Part shown: piece after piece, positions 53,909 through 62,474 of the stretch | Layout: each line of letters starts with the position of its first letter | Numbering within the stretch: position 1 is the first letter of the stretch | Assembly: GCA_015492075.1 (NCBI GenBank) | Contig: WGFU01000031.1 | Location: forward strand, 2,353-66,352 | Source: Gammaproteobacteria bacterium | Lineage (GTDB): Bacteria; Pseudomonadota; Gammaproteobacteria; GCA-2400775 | Length of the DNA: 64,000 nucleotides | Direction: 5' to 3' | Translations under genes and position numbers: made by a program | The notes under the pieces: model-generated | The model's input: only the letters and a program-made list of their open reading frames with translations | The model's database searches: none | What the model was told of the DNA's origin: nothing

Positions 53909-53945
53909 AAGGGCACTCCTGTTACATAGGGGGTGCCTTTTCGCA
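53909..53945 (+). terminator. hairpin plus T-run after rpsI
   Basis: AAGGGCACTCC(t) gttacata GGGGGTGCCTTTT. About a 12-bp stem including G-U pairs, running into TTTT. It ends 4-8 nt before the tRNA-Gln 5' end. Confidence 0.55.
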
Positions 53946-53948
53946 TAT

Positions 53949-54022
53949 TGGGGGATCGTCTAGTGGTAGGACTGCGGACTCTGACTCCGCCAACCTAGGT
54001 TCGAATCCTAGTCCCCCAGCCA
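53949..54022 (+). tRNA. tRNA-Gln (anticodon CUG)
   Basis: 74-nt cloverleaf read by hand. Acceptor TGGGGGA/TCCCCCA, anticodon arm GCGGA-CTCTGAC-TCCGC, T arm CTAGG-TTCGAAT-CCTAG, discriminator G and encoded CCA. The UGGGG 5' end is typical of bacterial tRNA-Gln. Confidence 0.9.
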
Positions 54023-54027
54023 AATAC

Positions 54028-54053
54028 AAACGGATCCCTAGGAATCCGTTTTT
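54028..54053 (+). terminator. rho-independent terminator after tRNA-Gln
   Basis: AAACGGAT ccctagga ATCCGTTT followed by TTC. The A-tract on the left arm could let it act in both directions, that is also for the minus-strand SPFH operon. Confidence 0.6.
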
Positions 54054-54060
54054 CATACCA

Positions 54061-54170
54061 GGGACTAGGATTCGAACCTAGCATCAGATAGGGGTTCGAC
54101 TGGCTCAGCGAAGCAGAGTCAGAACAACCGTAGGTCGGCCCATAGGGCGCGTAGCGTAATCCTAGTCCCC
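54061..54170. repeat. tRNA-Gln 3'-end fragments: 21-nt perfect inverted copy plus 13-nt direct copy bracketing ~76 nt
   Basis: 54061-54081 is the exact reverse complement of tRNA positions 53995-54015. 54158-54170 (AATCCTAGTCCCC) is identical to 54004-54016. The two copies can pair as a 10-bp stem (54061-70 with 54160-69). Confidence 0.8.
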
Positions 54171-54194
54171 ATTTTTTGCCTAAGAAAGCCGCGC

Positions 54195-54962
54195 TTATTT
54201 TGTTGCGGCCTTTTCTAAGACCGCTTGCAGCGATGCCATCAGATCCATCGGCAAGGGAAAGACGATGGTCGAACTCTTCTCGCCGGCGATATCAATAAGC
54301 GTTTGCAAATAGCGCAGTTGCAGCGCCTGTGGTTGCTGGGCCAAAACTTGCGCAGCTTCGAGCAGCTTGCTGGATGCTTGTAGCTCACCTTCCGCGTGAA
54401 TGACTTTTGCTCGACGCTCGCGCTCTGCTTCGGCCTGTTTGGCGATCGCCCGGATCATGCTTTCATCAATATCTACATGTTTGATTTCCACATTGCTGAC
54501 CTTGATGCCCCAGGCATCGGTTTGCGCATCAAGTATTGTCTGTATATCTGCGTTCAGTTGTTCGCGGCTGGCCAGCATCTCGTCCAGTTCATGCTGGCCG
54601 AGGACGGAACGCAATGTCGTTTGTGCCAGTTGGCTGGTAGCGACATCAAAGTTCTCTACCTGGATAATGGCCTTTTCCGGATCAATAACACGAAAATAGA
54701 GGACGGCATTGACCTTAACCGATACATTGTCGCGTGAAATCACGTCCTGACTGGGGACATCCATGACGATTGTGCGCAGGTCGACGCGAACCATTTTCTG
54801 AATCCCCGGGATAATAATAATCAAGCCGGGACCTTTCACCTTCCAGAAGCGACCGAGCAGGAAAACCACGCCACGCTCATATTCACGTAATACTCGAAAG
54901 GTATAGAAGAGCAGCGCGATAAAGGCGGCTATAACCACATAGACAGTAGAAAACGTAATCAT
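54195..54962 (-). CDS. SPFH/band-7 (stomatin-like, QmcA/YbbK-type) membrane protein
   Basis: N-terminal TM helix then the SPFH core ([34 protein letters not shown]). The start is set at ATG 54962, which abuts the NfeD stop. Confidence 0.9.
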   Translation of the reverse strand: MITFSTVYVVIAAFIALLFYTFRVLREYERGVVFLLGRFWKVKGPGLIIIIPGIQKMVRVDLRTIVMDVPSQDVISRDNVSVKVNAVLYFRVIDPEKAIIQVENFDVATSQLAQTTLRSVLGQHELDEMLASREQLNADIQTILDAQTDAWGIKVSNVEIKHVDIDESMIRAIAKQAEAERERRAKVIHAEGELQASSKLLEAAQVLAQQPQALQLRYLQTLIDIAGEKSSTIVFPLPMDLMASLQAVLEKAATK

Positions 54963-54963
54963 G

Positions 54964-56331
54964 TTATTTCTCCTTGCTTGATTCTGTGCACGGTTCGACA
55001 ACCAGCTGTAGCCCCTCGATCGCGATGACCCGAACCCGTTGGCCACGCCGCATAGGGGATTGGCTGCGTGCCTGCCATGATTCGCTATGGATACGCACGC
55101 GCCCGTTCGTTTCAAAATCGTCAATCACCTCGCCTATGCTGCCGATCATTTCCTCCATGCCGCTGACCACAGGCCGTTGTCGTGCTTTGATAGCCATTCC
55201 TAGCACGAACATGAAGAGACCGGCGCTGAGTAGCGCGAAGAAGCCGATCAAGGGAATGGAGATACCATAGCCCGGAATGTCCGTGTCCAGCAACATAATT
55301 GAGCCAATAACAAAGGCGATTACACCGCCGATACCGAGTGCACCAAAGCTGGGGACAAACACCTCCGCGGCCATAAAGGCGATACCTAACAGCATTAATG
55401 CCAGGCCAGCATAATTGATAGGAAGAACCTGGAACGCGAACAAGGCCAATAGCAGACTGATCGCGCCGGCCACCCCCGGCAGCACCATGCCTGGATTAGC
55501 GAACTCGTAGATCAGCCCATAAATCCCGATCAACATGAGTATGTAGGCGACGTTAGGGTCGGTAATAATACTGAGCAAACGTGAACGCCAGTCGGGTTCC
55601 ATAAGGTGTATGGTAAGCCCGGTGGTGGCTAGAACCTTTTTCTGGCCAAGGACATTGACGCTGCGGCCGTCGATTTTTTGTAATAGTTGTGCCAGATCAG
55701 AGGCGATTAGGTCAATCACATTGTTGTCCAGTGCCGCTTGCGCTGACAGGCTGGCCGCTTCACGCACTGCCTTTTCTGCCCAGTCGGCATTGCGACCACG
55801 TAATGTCGCCAATCCCCGAATGTAGGCGACCGCATCATTAATGATTTTCTTGCCCATGGCATCTGTAGGGGCTGCTTTTTGCGCTTCTTGGTTTTCCTTT
55901 TCCCTGTCCTTGGCTGGACGATCGCTGCCGGGAAAGCCACCGATTTGGACGGGGGTGGCGGCGCCGACATTGGTGGCGGGAGCCATGGCTGCGATATGGC
56001 TTGCCAGCAGGATGTAGGCGCCGGCGCTGGCTGCGCGAGCGCCGCTGGGCGCGACGAAGCTTATGATGGGAACAGGTGAGGCAATAATGTCCTGAATGAT
56101 GTCGCGCATGGCGCTATCCAAACCGCCGGGAGTGTCGATGCGGATGATCACCGCATGAGCGTTTTGTTCTTGCGCCTTGGCGAGGCTGCGGTGGATGTAG
56201 TCGCTGGTAGCCGGGCCGATGGCGCCGTCGATTTCCAGCAATACAATGCCGCTCTCATTATTGTTACCCGCTGTCAGCAGCAAAGGGCAAATAAGCAAAG
56301 CAGCATAGAAGGCAATGCGGAAATAGTGCAT
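54964..56331 (-). CDS. NfeD-family membrane-bound ClpP-class serine protease (long form)
   Basis: Signal peptide, ClpP-like protease domain (IDTPGGL, ASAGAYI), multi-TM region and a C-terminal OB-fold NfeD domain. Forms the classic operon with the SPFH gene. Confidence 0.85.
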   Translation of the reverse strand: MHYFRIAFYAALLICPLLLTAGNNNESGIVLLEIDGAIGPATSDYIHRSLAKAQEQNAHAVIIRIDTPGGLDSAMRDIIQDIIASPVPIISFVAPSGARAASAGAYILLASHIAAMAPATNVGAATPVQIGGFPGSDRPAKDREKENQEAQKAAPTDAMGKKIINDAVAYIRGLATLRGRNADWAEKAVREAASLSAQAALDNNVIDLIASDLAQLLQKIDGRSVNVLGQKKVLATTGLTIHLMEPDWRSRLLSIITDPNVAYILMLIGIYGLIYEFANPGMVLPGVAGAISLLLALFAFQVLPINYAGLALMLLGIAFMAAEVFVPSFGALGIGGVIAFVIGSIMLLDTDIPGYGISIPLIGFFALLSAGLFMFVLGMAIKARQRPVVSGMEEMIGSIGEVIDDFETNGRVRIHSESWQARSQSPMRRGQRVRVIAIEGLQLVVEPCTESSKEK

Positions 56332-56647
56332 ATCAGAGGCCTTGGTGATTAATCGGCCGTCGTGAACTCATCGTTTTTCCGAACCATTTTCTCCCTCCAT
56401 TAATTTAGGGACGCACTCATATTCTAGACTAATTCAAATCGCTTGCTATTAGTAGTTCAATTGTCTTGTCTGCCGGGCGGGCAGAGGAGGTTTCAGCGCA
56501 CTGAAGTCTTCAGTTTAGGCCGGCCCTGGTCAAGGGGGCTTATATGTTCAAGTGCCTGTGCAGCAACCTACCTGGCTCATTGGGTAATGCCGCCGCTGGT
56601 GTTGCTACTCAGCATGATTGCGCTGCGCCTTTCATTCCATCATCAGG

Positions 56648-56653
56648 TATAAT
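56648..56653 (+). promoter_or_regulatory. candidate -10 element (TATAAT) for the ccm operon
   Basis: Perfect TATAAT lies 31 nt upstream of the ccmA ATG. No good -35 sits at 17 nt spacing, so this is tentative. Confidence 0.3.
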
Positions 56654-56683
56654 TCGCTCCCTTTTCCTTACCGGTGACACAAT

Positions 56684-57313
56684 ATGTTGCAAGTCAGCGG
56701 CCTGTTCTGCGAACGGGGCGACCGACAATTACTGAATGGTTTGGGCTTTACGCTTGAGCCAGGTAAGTTGCTGCACGTGCGTGGCGCTAACGGGGCCGGT
56801 AAGACCAGCTTATTGCGTATTGTCGCTGGCCTGCTGTTGCCGACGGCGGGTGAGGTGTGTTGGCGGGGTAAACCGGTCAAACAGCAGCGAGAAGAGTACC
56901 ATGGCGAGTTGCTCTATCTCGGCCATCTTGATGGTGTTAAAGGCGATCTTTCCAGTATTGAAAATCTGCGCATCGATAATGAGTTGCTGGGGGCCAATGC
57001 CGACGAAGCGACTCTGGTCGCCGCGTTAGAGAAAATCGGGTTGCGTGGCTTTGAAGATATCTTTGCCAAGCAATTGTCGCAGGGTCAGCATCGGCGAGTT
57101 GGCTTATGCCGTTTGTTGATGAGTCAGGCCAAGTTATGGGTGCTTGATGAGCCGTTTAATGCGCTTGATGTTAAAGCGGTTAAACTGCTCGCCAGCTTGA
57201 TTGAAGCGCATCTTGAGCGCGGTGGGATGACCCTGTTGACCACACATCAGGATGTGCCCTTGTCAGGCGCGCGCGTTAGCGAAATTACCCTGGGCCAGAC
57301 CGGGCGGCGATGA
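56684..57313 (+). CDS. ccmA: haem exporter ATPase CcmA
   Basis: Walker A GANGAGKTS, a LSQGQHRRV signature and Walker B LWVLDEP. First gene of the ccm operon. Confidence 0.9.
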   Translation: MLQVSGLFCERGDRQLLNGLGFTLEPGKLLHVRGANGAGKTSLLRIVAGLLLPTAGEVCWRGKPVKQQREEYHGELLYLGHLDGVKGDLSSIENLRIDNELLGANADEATLVAALEKIGLRGFEDIFAKQLSQGQHRRVGLCRLLMSQAKLWVLDEPFNALDVKAVKLLASLIEAHLERGGMTLLTTHQDVPLSGARVSEITLGQTGRR

Positions 57314-57978
57314 CAGTGATCTTTCGTACCATTCTTGTTCGCGAGTTGACGCTAGGCTTGCGCCGCAAAGCCGATATGCTGATGACGCTGTTTTTCTGCG
57401 TGATAGTTGCCAGCATGTTTCCGCTGGCGGTGGGGCCGGAGACCGAGTTGTTGCGAACAATGGGGCCGGGCATTATCTGGGTGGCGGCATTGCTGGCTTC
57501 TTTATTGTCGCTGGAGCGCTTGTTTGGCGGTGATTACGCCGATGGTACGCTTGAGCAGATGGTCATATCCAGCCATCCGTTAGCCATGATTGTGTTTGCC
57601 AAAGTGGTGGCGCATTGGTTGCTTGCAGGTTTACCCCTGGTATTGATCTCGCCTCTGTTGGCTTTACAATATGGCCTCGATGGCGACGAGGGCCTTATTC
57701 TGGTGGCGACTTTGTTGATCGGGACACCTATTTTGAGCCTTCTTGGCGCTGTGGGGGCTGCGCTAACTTTGGGCCTACGCGGTGGCGGTGTCTTGATTTC
57801 TTTATTGGTGTTGCCGCTTTTTGTGCCGGTATTGATCTTTGGCTCTGCGGCTGTCGATGATGCCGCTGCGGGTTTGTCTATTGAAGGACATTTCTCATTA
57901 TTAGGGGCAATGTTGATAGCCGCATTGATTTTAACGCCTTGGGCCATAGCATCGGCCCTACGAATTTCGATAGAATAA
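57310..57978 (+). CDS. ccmB: haem exporter permease CcmB
   Basis: 222-aa six-TM protein. ATGA overlap with ccmA. Confidence 0.9.
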   Translation: MTVIFRTILVRELTLGLRRKADMLMTLFFCVIVASMFPLAVGPETELLRTMGPGIIWVAALLASLLSLERLFGGDYADGTLEQMVISSHPLAMIVFAKVVAHWLLAGLPLVLISPLLALQYGLDGDEGLILVATLLIGTPILSLLGAVGAALTLGLRGGGVLISLLVLPLFVPVLIFGSAAVDDAAAGLSIEGHFSLLGAMLIAALILTPWAIASALRISIE

Positions 57979-57989
57979 CAGGTCCTATC

Positions 57990-58739
57990 ATGAATATTAA
58001 TTGGTTTAAATATGCATCACCCGCCAGCTTTTATCCGCTGGCCGGCAAGATGATCCCTTGGTTTGCCATTCCCGCCGGGATATTAGCCTTCATTGGCCTG
58101 GTGATGGGCTTGTTTGTTTTGCCCCCTGATTTCAAGCAGGGTGAATCTTATCGCATTATTTTTATCCATGTGCCGGCGGCGTGGATGTCAATGGTGATTT
58201 ATCTGGCCATGGCGTTTTGGGCGATAGTCGGCATGGTGTGGAACTCACGTTTGTCGGCGATGATGGCCATAGCGCTGGCGCCGACCGGAGCCATGTTTTG
58301 TTTCCTGGCACTATGGACCGGCGCCTTATGGGGTAAACCCACTTGGGGGACCTACTGGGTGTGGGATGCGCGTTTGACCACACAGTTAATCTTGCTGTTT
58401 ATGTACCTGGGTTATATGGCATTGCATGCTGCCATAGAAGACCCGCGCCGTGCCGCGCGTGCCAGCGGTTTGCTGGCGATTGTAGGTGCTTTCAATGTGC
58501 CCATTATTTATTTTTCGGTACAGTGGTGGAACACCCTGCATCAGGGCGCATCGATCACACCGAATAAGTCTGAAATGGCGGCATCCATGGCATCGGTGAT
58601 GTTGATTATGGCGGTGGCGGCATGGTTATATGCCATCGCAGTCGCGCTGAAACGGGTGCGTTGTGAGATTCTCGATCGAGAACGCCATGCTTCATGGGTG
58701 GCTGAGCTGGTGACAAAAACAGGGCAGGTTCATGGCTGA
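57990..58739 (+). CDS. ccmC: haem lyase/exporter subunit CcmC
   Basis: Has the WGxxWxWD tryptophan-rich motif (WGTYWVWDARL) and conserved His residues. The start is set at ATG 57990. Confidence 0.92.
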   Translation: MNINWFKYASPASFYPLAGKMIPWFAIPAGILAFIGLVMGLFVLPPDFKQGESYRIIFIHVPAAWMSMVIYLAMAFWAIVGMVWNSRLSAMMAIALAPTGAMFCFLALWTGALWGKPTWGTYWVWDARLTTQLILLFMYLGYMALHAAIEDPRRAARASGLLAIVGAFNVPIIYFSVQWWNTLHQGASITPNKSEMAASMASVMLIMAVAAWLYAIAVALKRVRCEILDRERHASWVAELVTKTGQVHG

Positions 58740-58905
58740 ATGGTTTGATATGGGCAAGCATACTTGGTTTGTTTGGGGTTCCTACGGGGTGTTTGCCTTC
58801 TTTATTGTTGCAGAATTGCTCTTGCTTGAGAGACGGCGTCGAACCATTTTGCAACGTTTGAGTCGTACTAGTCGGATGAATTCTGGAGTCAATGATGAAA
58901 CCTAG
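58732..58905 (+). CDS. ccmD: haem exporter protein CcmD (57 aa; not in the supplied ORF track)
   Basis: Hand translation gives MAEWFDMGKHTWFVWGSYGVFAFFIVAELLLLERRRRTILQRLSRTSRMNSGVNDET. It has a single TM helix followed by a basic stretch. It sits between ccmC and ccmE and overlaps them by 8 and 14 nt. Confidence 0.85.
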   Translation: MAEWFDMGKHTWFVWGSYGVFAFFIVAELLLLERRRRTILQRLSRTSRMNSGVNDET

Positions 58906-59350
58906 ACAGCAGCGCATGGCGATTATTTTTGGTGGTATCGTCGGGCTTGGCTTGGTCGTCGCCTTGGTGCTGAATGCATTTTCAGGCAATATGGTGTTTT
59001 TCTTCAACCCGTCGCAGATCGCTGCCAATGAGGCGCCAAGCGGCAAGGCATTTCGGCTGGGTGGCTTGGTTGAAGAAGGCAGCATGCGCCGCGAAGATGA
59101 TGGCCTGACGGTCCATTTTTACGTGACCGATAATGCTGAACGTGTTCCTGTTACTTACACTGGAATCTTGCCGGATTTGTTCACTGAAGGACAAGGAGTG
59201 GTTGCACAGGGCAAGCTTGACGAGAACGGTCACTTTTACGCCAGTGAAGTGCTGGCCAAGCATGACGAAACCTATATGCCGCCAGAGGTTGCCGAGGCAT
59301 TGGAGATGGCGAAGGGTGCGCGGCCAGTAGCAAGCAGCCTGGCTCAATAA
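58892..59350 (+). CDS. ccmE: haem chaperone CcmE
   Basis: N-terminal anchor, OB-fold, and the haem-binding His region EVLAKHDETYMPPEV. Confidence 0.95.
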   Translation: MMKPRQQRMAIIFGGIVGLGLVVALVLNAFSGNMVFFFNPSQIAANEAPSGKAFRLGGLVEEGSMRREDDGLTVHFYVTDNAERVPVTYTGILPDLFTEGQGVVAQGKLDENGHFYASEVLAKHDETYMPPEVAEALEMAKGARPVASSLAQ

Positions 59351-59410
59351 CGACCGCCAACGATTTAGCGTCGCTTGGCGAATAACAAGAATACTTTTTA
59401 AGGAATTATC

Positions 59411-61453
59411 ATGGCAGCAAGTTTATTTCCGGAAATAGGCCATTACGCATTAATTCTGGCGCTTGGCATCGCGGCTATTCAGAGCTATTTCTCGCTGGTG
59501 GGTGCGCATCAAGGCAAGGCTGGCTGGGTAGCGATGGCACGCCCTGCCGCGCGTGCGCAGTTTGGTTTGATTTTTGTGGCTTATCTTTGCTTGACCTTTG
59601 GCTTTGTTGGGGATGACTTTTCTGTTCGCTATGTGGCCGAGCATTCAAATTCGTTGATGCCGGTTGCCTATAAGATCGCCGCTGTCTGGGGTGGCCATGA
59701 GGGCTCGTTGTTATTATGGGTGCTCATGCTTGCTGGCTGGACGCTGGCGGTATCTATCTGGAGCCGTCAATTGCCCGATGATATGGTGGCGCGGGTCTTG
59801 GGCGTGCTGGGTCTTGTTTCGGTCGGCTTCCTGTTATTTATTCTGTTCACTTCAAACCCGTTTGAGCGTTTGTTCCCGGCAGCGCTTGAGGGTCGTGACC
59901 TAAACCCCTTATTGCAAGACCCTGGTTTGGTCATTCACCCGCCCATGCTGTACATGGGTTACGTCGGGTTTTCGGTTGCCTTTGCCTTTGCCGTGGCGGC
60001 GCTGATCAGTGGCCGGCTTGATGCCACTTGGGCTCGTTGGTCGCGCCCCTGGACGACCATAGCATGGTCATTTTTAACCATCGGCATTGCGTTAGGAAGT
60101 TGGTGGGCCTATTACGAGTTGGGCTGGGGTGGTTGGTGGTTCTGGGATCCAGTCGAAAATGCCTCATTCATGCCCTGGCTTGTGGGGACGGCCTTGATCC
60201 ATTCGCTGGCCGTGACGGAAAAGCGTGGCGGTTTCAAAAGCTGGACGGTATTGTTAGCGATCTTTGCCTTCTCACTTAGCCTGTTGGGGACATTTTTGGT
60301 TCGCTCCGGTGTGCTGGTCTCGGTGCATGCCTTTGCCACTGACCCGGAGCGTGGTATTTTTATTATCGGTTTCCTGGTAGCCGTTGTCGGTTCTTCTCTG
60401 CTGCTTTATGCCTGGCGCGCAGGTTCAGTTGGCATCGGTGGCAAGTTCAGCGCGGTATCGCGTGAATCGGGCTTGTTGGCCAACAACATCCTAATGGTTG
60501 TTGCCGCCGCCGCCATTTTGTTGGGCACCTTGTACCCGCTATTGGTTGACTCCTTGGGTTTGGGCAAGATCTCGGTCGGGCCTCCGTATTTCAATGCGGT
60601 GTTTATTCCGCTGATGGCAGCTGCGGTGGTCATAATGGGGCTTGGTCCGCTGGTGCGCTGGAAAAAAGACTCGGTGGTTGAATTGGCTAAGCGGGTCAGA
60701 GTTGCCGCGCTTGTTAGCTTTATTGTGGCCATGTTCTTACCGTTTACGCTGGATGGCTTTTCAATGGGCGCCAGCTTTGGTTTGTTGTTGGCGTTCTGGA
60801 TTTTTACGACAGCGGCCTACAGTATTGCCACACGCCTGGCGCGTCGCTCCTTTGAGGGCTCTGTTATCAAGCGCATTACCAGCTTAGGCCGTTCCTATTG
60901 GGGTCAGCAAATCGCTCATATCGGCGTCGGCGTCTTCATCGTTGGTGTCACTATGGTGACCCATTACAATGTTGAGCGTGATGTGCGCATGGATATTGGC
61001 GATACCGTTGAAGCGCGAGGTTATACTTTTCGTTTTGACGGGGTAGTCGACGCGCAAGGCCCTAACTATGTTGCTAAACGCGGTGTGATTCAGATCCTGG
61101 ATGACGCGGGTAAGCCGGTGCGGGAACTTAATCCGGAAAAACGGGTGTATACCGTGCAGACCATGCCCATGACCGAGGCAGCCATCCACACTAATCTGTT
61201 CCGTGATCTTTATGTGTCACTGGGCGAACCAGTGAGTGGCGGTGCCTGGAGCGTGCGGGTCTATTACAAACCTTTTGTGATCTGGATATGGGGTGGCGCA
61301 GCTTTTATGGCATTGGGTGGCTTTTTTGCTGTCAGTGATCGCCGTTACCGTATTCGCGTTAAAAAGGAGGCCGCTCAAAAGGGCAAGGACTCTGTTGCCG
61401 GCGCTCAAGCTATAACCGGTGGCGCGATGTCGTTCGAGGCCAATAAACAGTGA
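59411..61453 (+). CDS. ccmF: cytochrome c-type biogenesis protein CcmF
   Basis: 680-aa polytopic protein with the tryptophan-rich motif WGGWWFWDPVENAS. Confidence 0.95.
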   Translation: MAASLFPEIGHYALILALGIAAIQSYFSLVGAHQGKAGWVAMARPAARAQFGLIFVAYLCLTFGFVGDDFSVRYVAEHSNSLMPVAYKIAAVWGGHEGSLLLWVLMLAGWTLAVSIWSRQLPDDMVARVLGVLGLVSVGFLLFILFTSNPFERLFPAALEGRDLNPLLQDPGLVIHPPMLYMGYVGFSVAFAFAVAALISGRLDATWARWSRPWTTIAWSFLTIGIALGSWWAYYELGWGGWWFWDPVENASFMPWLVGTALIHSLAVTEKRGGFKSWTVLLAIFAFSLSLLGTFLVRSGVLVSVHAFATDPERGIFIIGFLVAVVGSSLLLYAWRAGSVGIGGKFSAVSRESGLLANNILMVVAAAAILLGTLYPLLVDSLGLGKISVGPPYFNAVFIPLMAAAVVIMGLGPLVRWKKDSVVELAKRVRVAALVSFIVAMFLPFTLDGFSMGASFGLLLAFWIFTTAAYSIATRLARRSFEGSVIKRITSLGRSYWGQQIAHIGVGVFIVGVTMVTHYNVERDVRMDIGDTVEARGYTFRFDGVVDAQGPNYVAKRGVIQILDDAGKPVRELNPEKRVYTVQTMPMTEAAIHTNLFRDLYVSLGEPVSGGAWSVRVYYKPFVIWIWGGAAFMALGGFFAVSDRRYRIRVKKEAAQKGKDSVAGAQAITGGAMSFEANKQ

Positions 61454-62010
61454 AAGTAAAACATTTATTGCCACTGGGAATTTTTATCGTCCTGGTGGTG
61501 TTTTTAGCGATAGGACTGACCCTCGACCCGCGCAAGTTGCCGTCAACCCTCATCGATAAGCCTGCCCCTGACTTTACCCTAACGCAGTTGATGGATGAGA
61601 ATAAAACGATCTCTCCTGGCGATCTCAGGGGTAAGGTATATCTACTGAATGTGTGGGCATCATGGTGTGTTGCCTGTCGTCAGGAACATCCCTTGCTGAT
61701 GGAATTATCCAAAAGCGGCGTGATTCCCATTTATGGTTTGAATCTGAAAGATGTGCCTCAAGATGGCGATCCCCTTGATCAGCCAAAGCGTTATAACGCC
61801 AAGCGTTTTCTCTCTACGCTCGGTAACCCCTATATCATCAGCGCTTATGATGAAGATGGTCGGGTTTCGATTGATTACGGCGTTTATGGCGCGCCGGAAA
61901 CTTTTTTGATCGATAAAAACGGCATTATTCGACACAAGCATATTGGCCCGTTGACGGGCGAGGCCTTGATCAACGAAATATTACCGCTGGCTAAAAAACT
62001 GGAAGGCTGA
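61450..62010 (+). CDS. ccmG: thiol:disulfide interchange protein CcmG/DsbE
   Basis: TM anchor plus a thioredoxin fold with WASWCVACRQEHP (CxxC) and a GVYGAPETFLID motif. Confidence 0.95.
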   Translation: MKVKHLLPLGIFIVLVVFLAIGLTLDPRKLPSTLIDKPAPDFTLTQLMDENKTISPGDLRGKVYLLNVWASWCVACRQEHPLLMELSKSGVIPIYGLNLKDVPQDGDPLDQPKRYNAKRFLSTLGNPYIISAYDEDGRVSIDYGVYGAPETFLIDKNGIIRHKHIGPLTGEALINEILPLAKKLEG

Positions 62011-62474
62011 TGCGTTTACTCATTTTATTATTATCTGTTTGGTTTGTTTCTGTCAGTGTCTATGCTGGCGAGGCGCAGCCGATGGCGGAAAACCCTGTTA
62101 TCGAGGCGAGGATGCTTGCCTTATCAAAAGAATTGCGCTGCGTAGTCTGTCAGAATGAATCTTTAGCGGCATCACAAGCGGCTTTGGCCCAGGATTTGCG
62201 CCAGGAGATACGTGACATGATGCTGGATGGGATGAGTGATACTCAAATTGTCGACTTTTTTGTTGAACGTTATGGCGATTTTGTTTTATACAATCCGCCA
62301 TTAAAACCACTGAACTATGTACTGTGGTTTGGCCCTGCAATTTTATTAATTCTGGGATTTATAGCCGTCTTTTTTTCTGTCCGTAAGCGCCGTCTTGCTG
62401 ATGACGCTAAGTTGTCTACGGAAGATCATCGTCGCGCTCAGGAATTACTTGGTGAGGGAGAGCGCAAGCAATGA
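62010..62474 (+). CDS. ccmH: cytochrome c-type biogenesis protein CcmH (NrfF-like)
   Basis: Signal peptide, LRCVVCQNESL motif (LRCxxC) and a C-terminal TM helix. Confidence 0.9.
   Translation: MRLLILLLSVWFVSVSVYAGEAQPMAENPVIEARMLALSKELRCVVCQNESLAASQAALAQDLRQEIRDMMLDGMSDTQIVDFFVERYGDFVLYNPPLKPLNYVLWFGPAILLILGFIAVFFSVRKRRLADDAKLSTEDHRRAQELLGEGERKQ

Noticed and set aside
54058-54175. A second functional tRNA, or a tRNA with a long variable arm, on the minus strand
   Set aside because: The T arm is perfect but no 7-bp acceptor stem can be formed with the correct register. No D arm or closed anticodon stem could be folded. At about 110 nt it is far too long, so I interpreted it as a fragment or scar.
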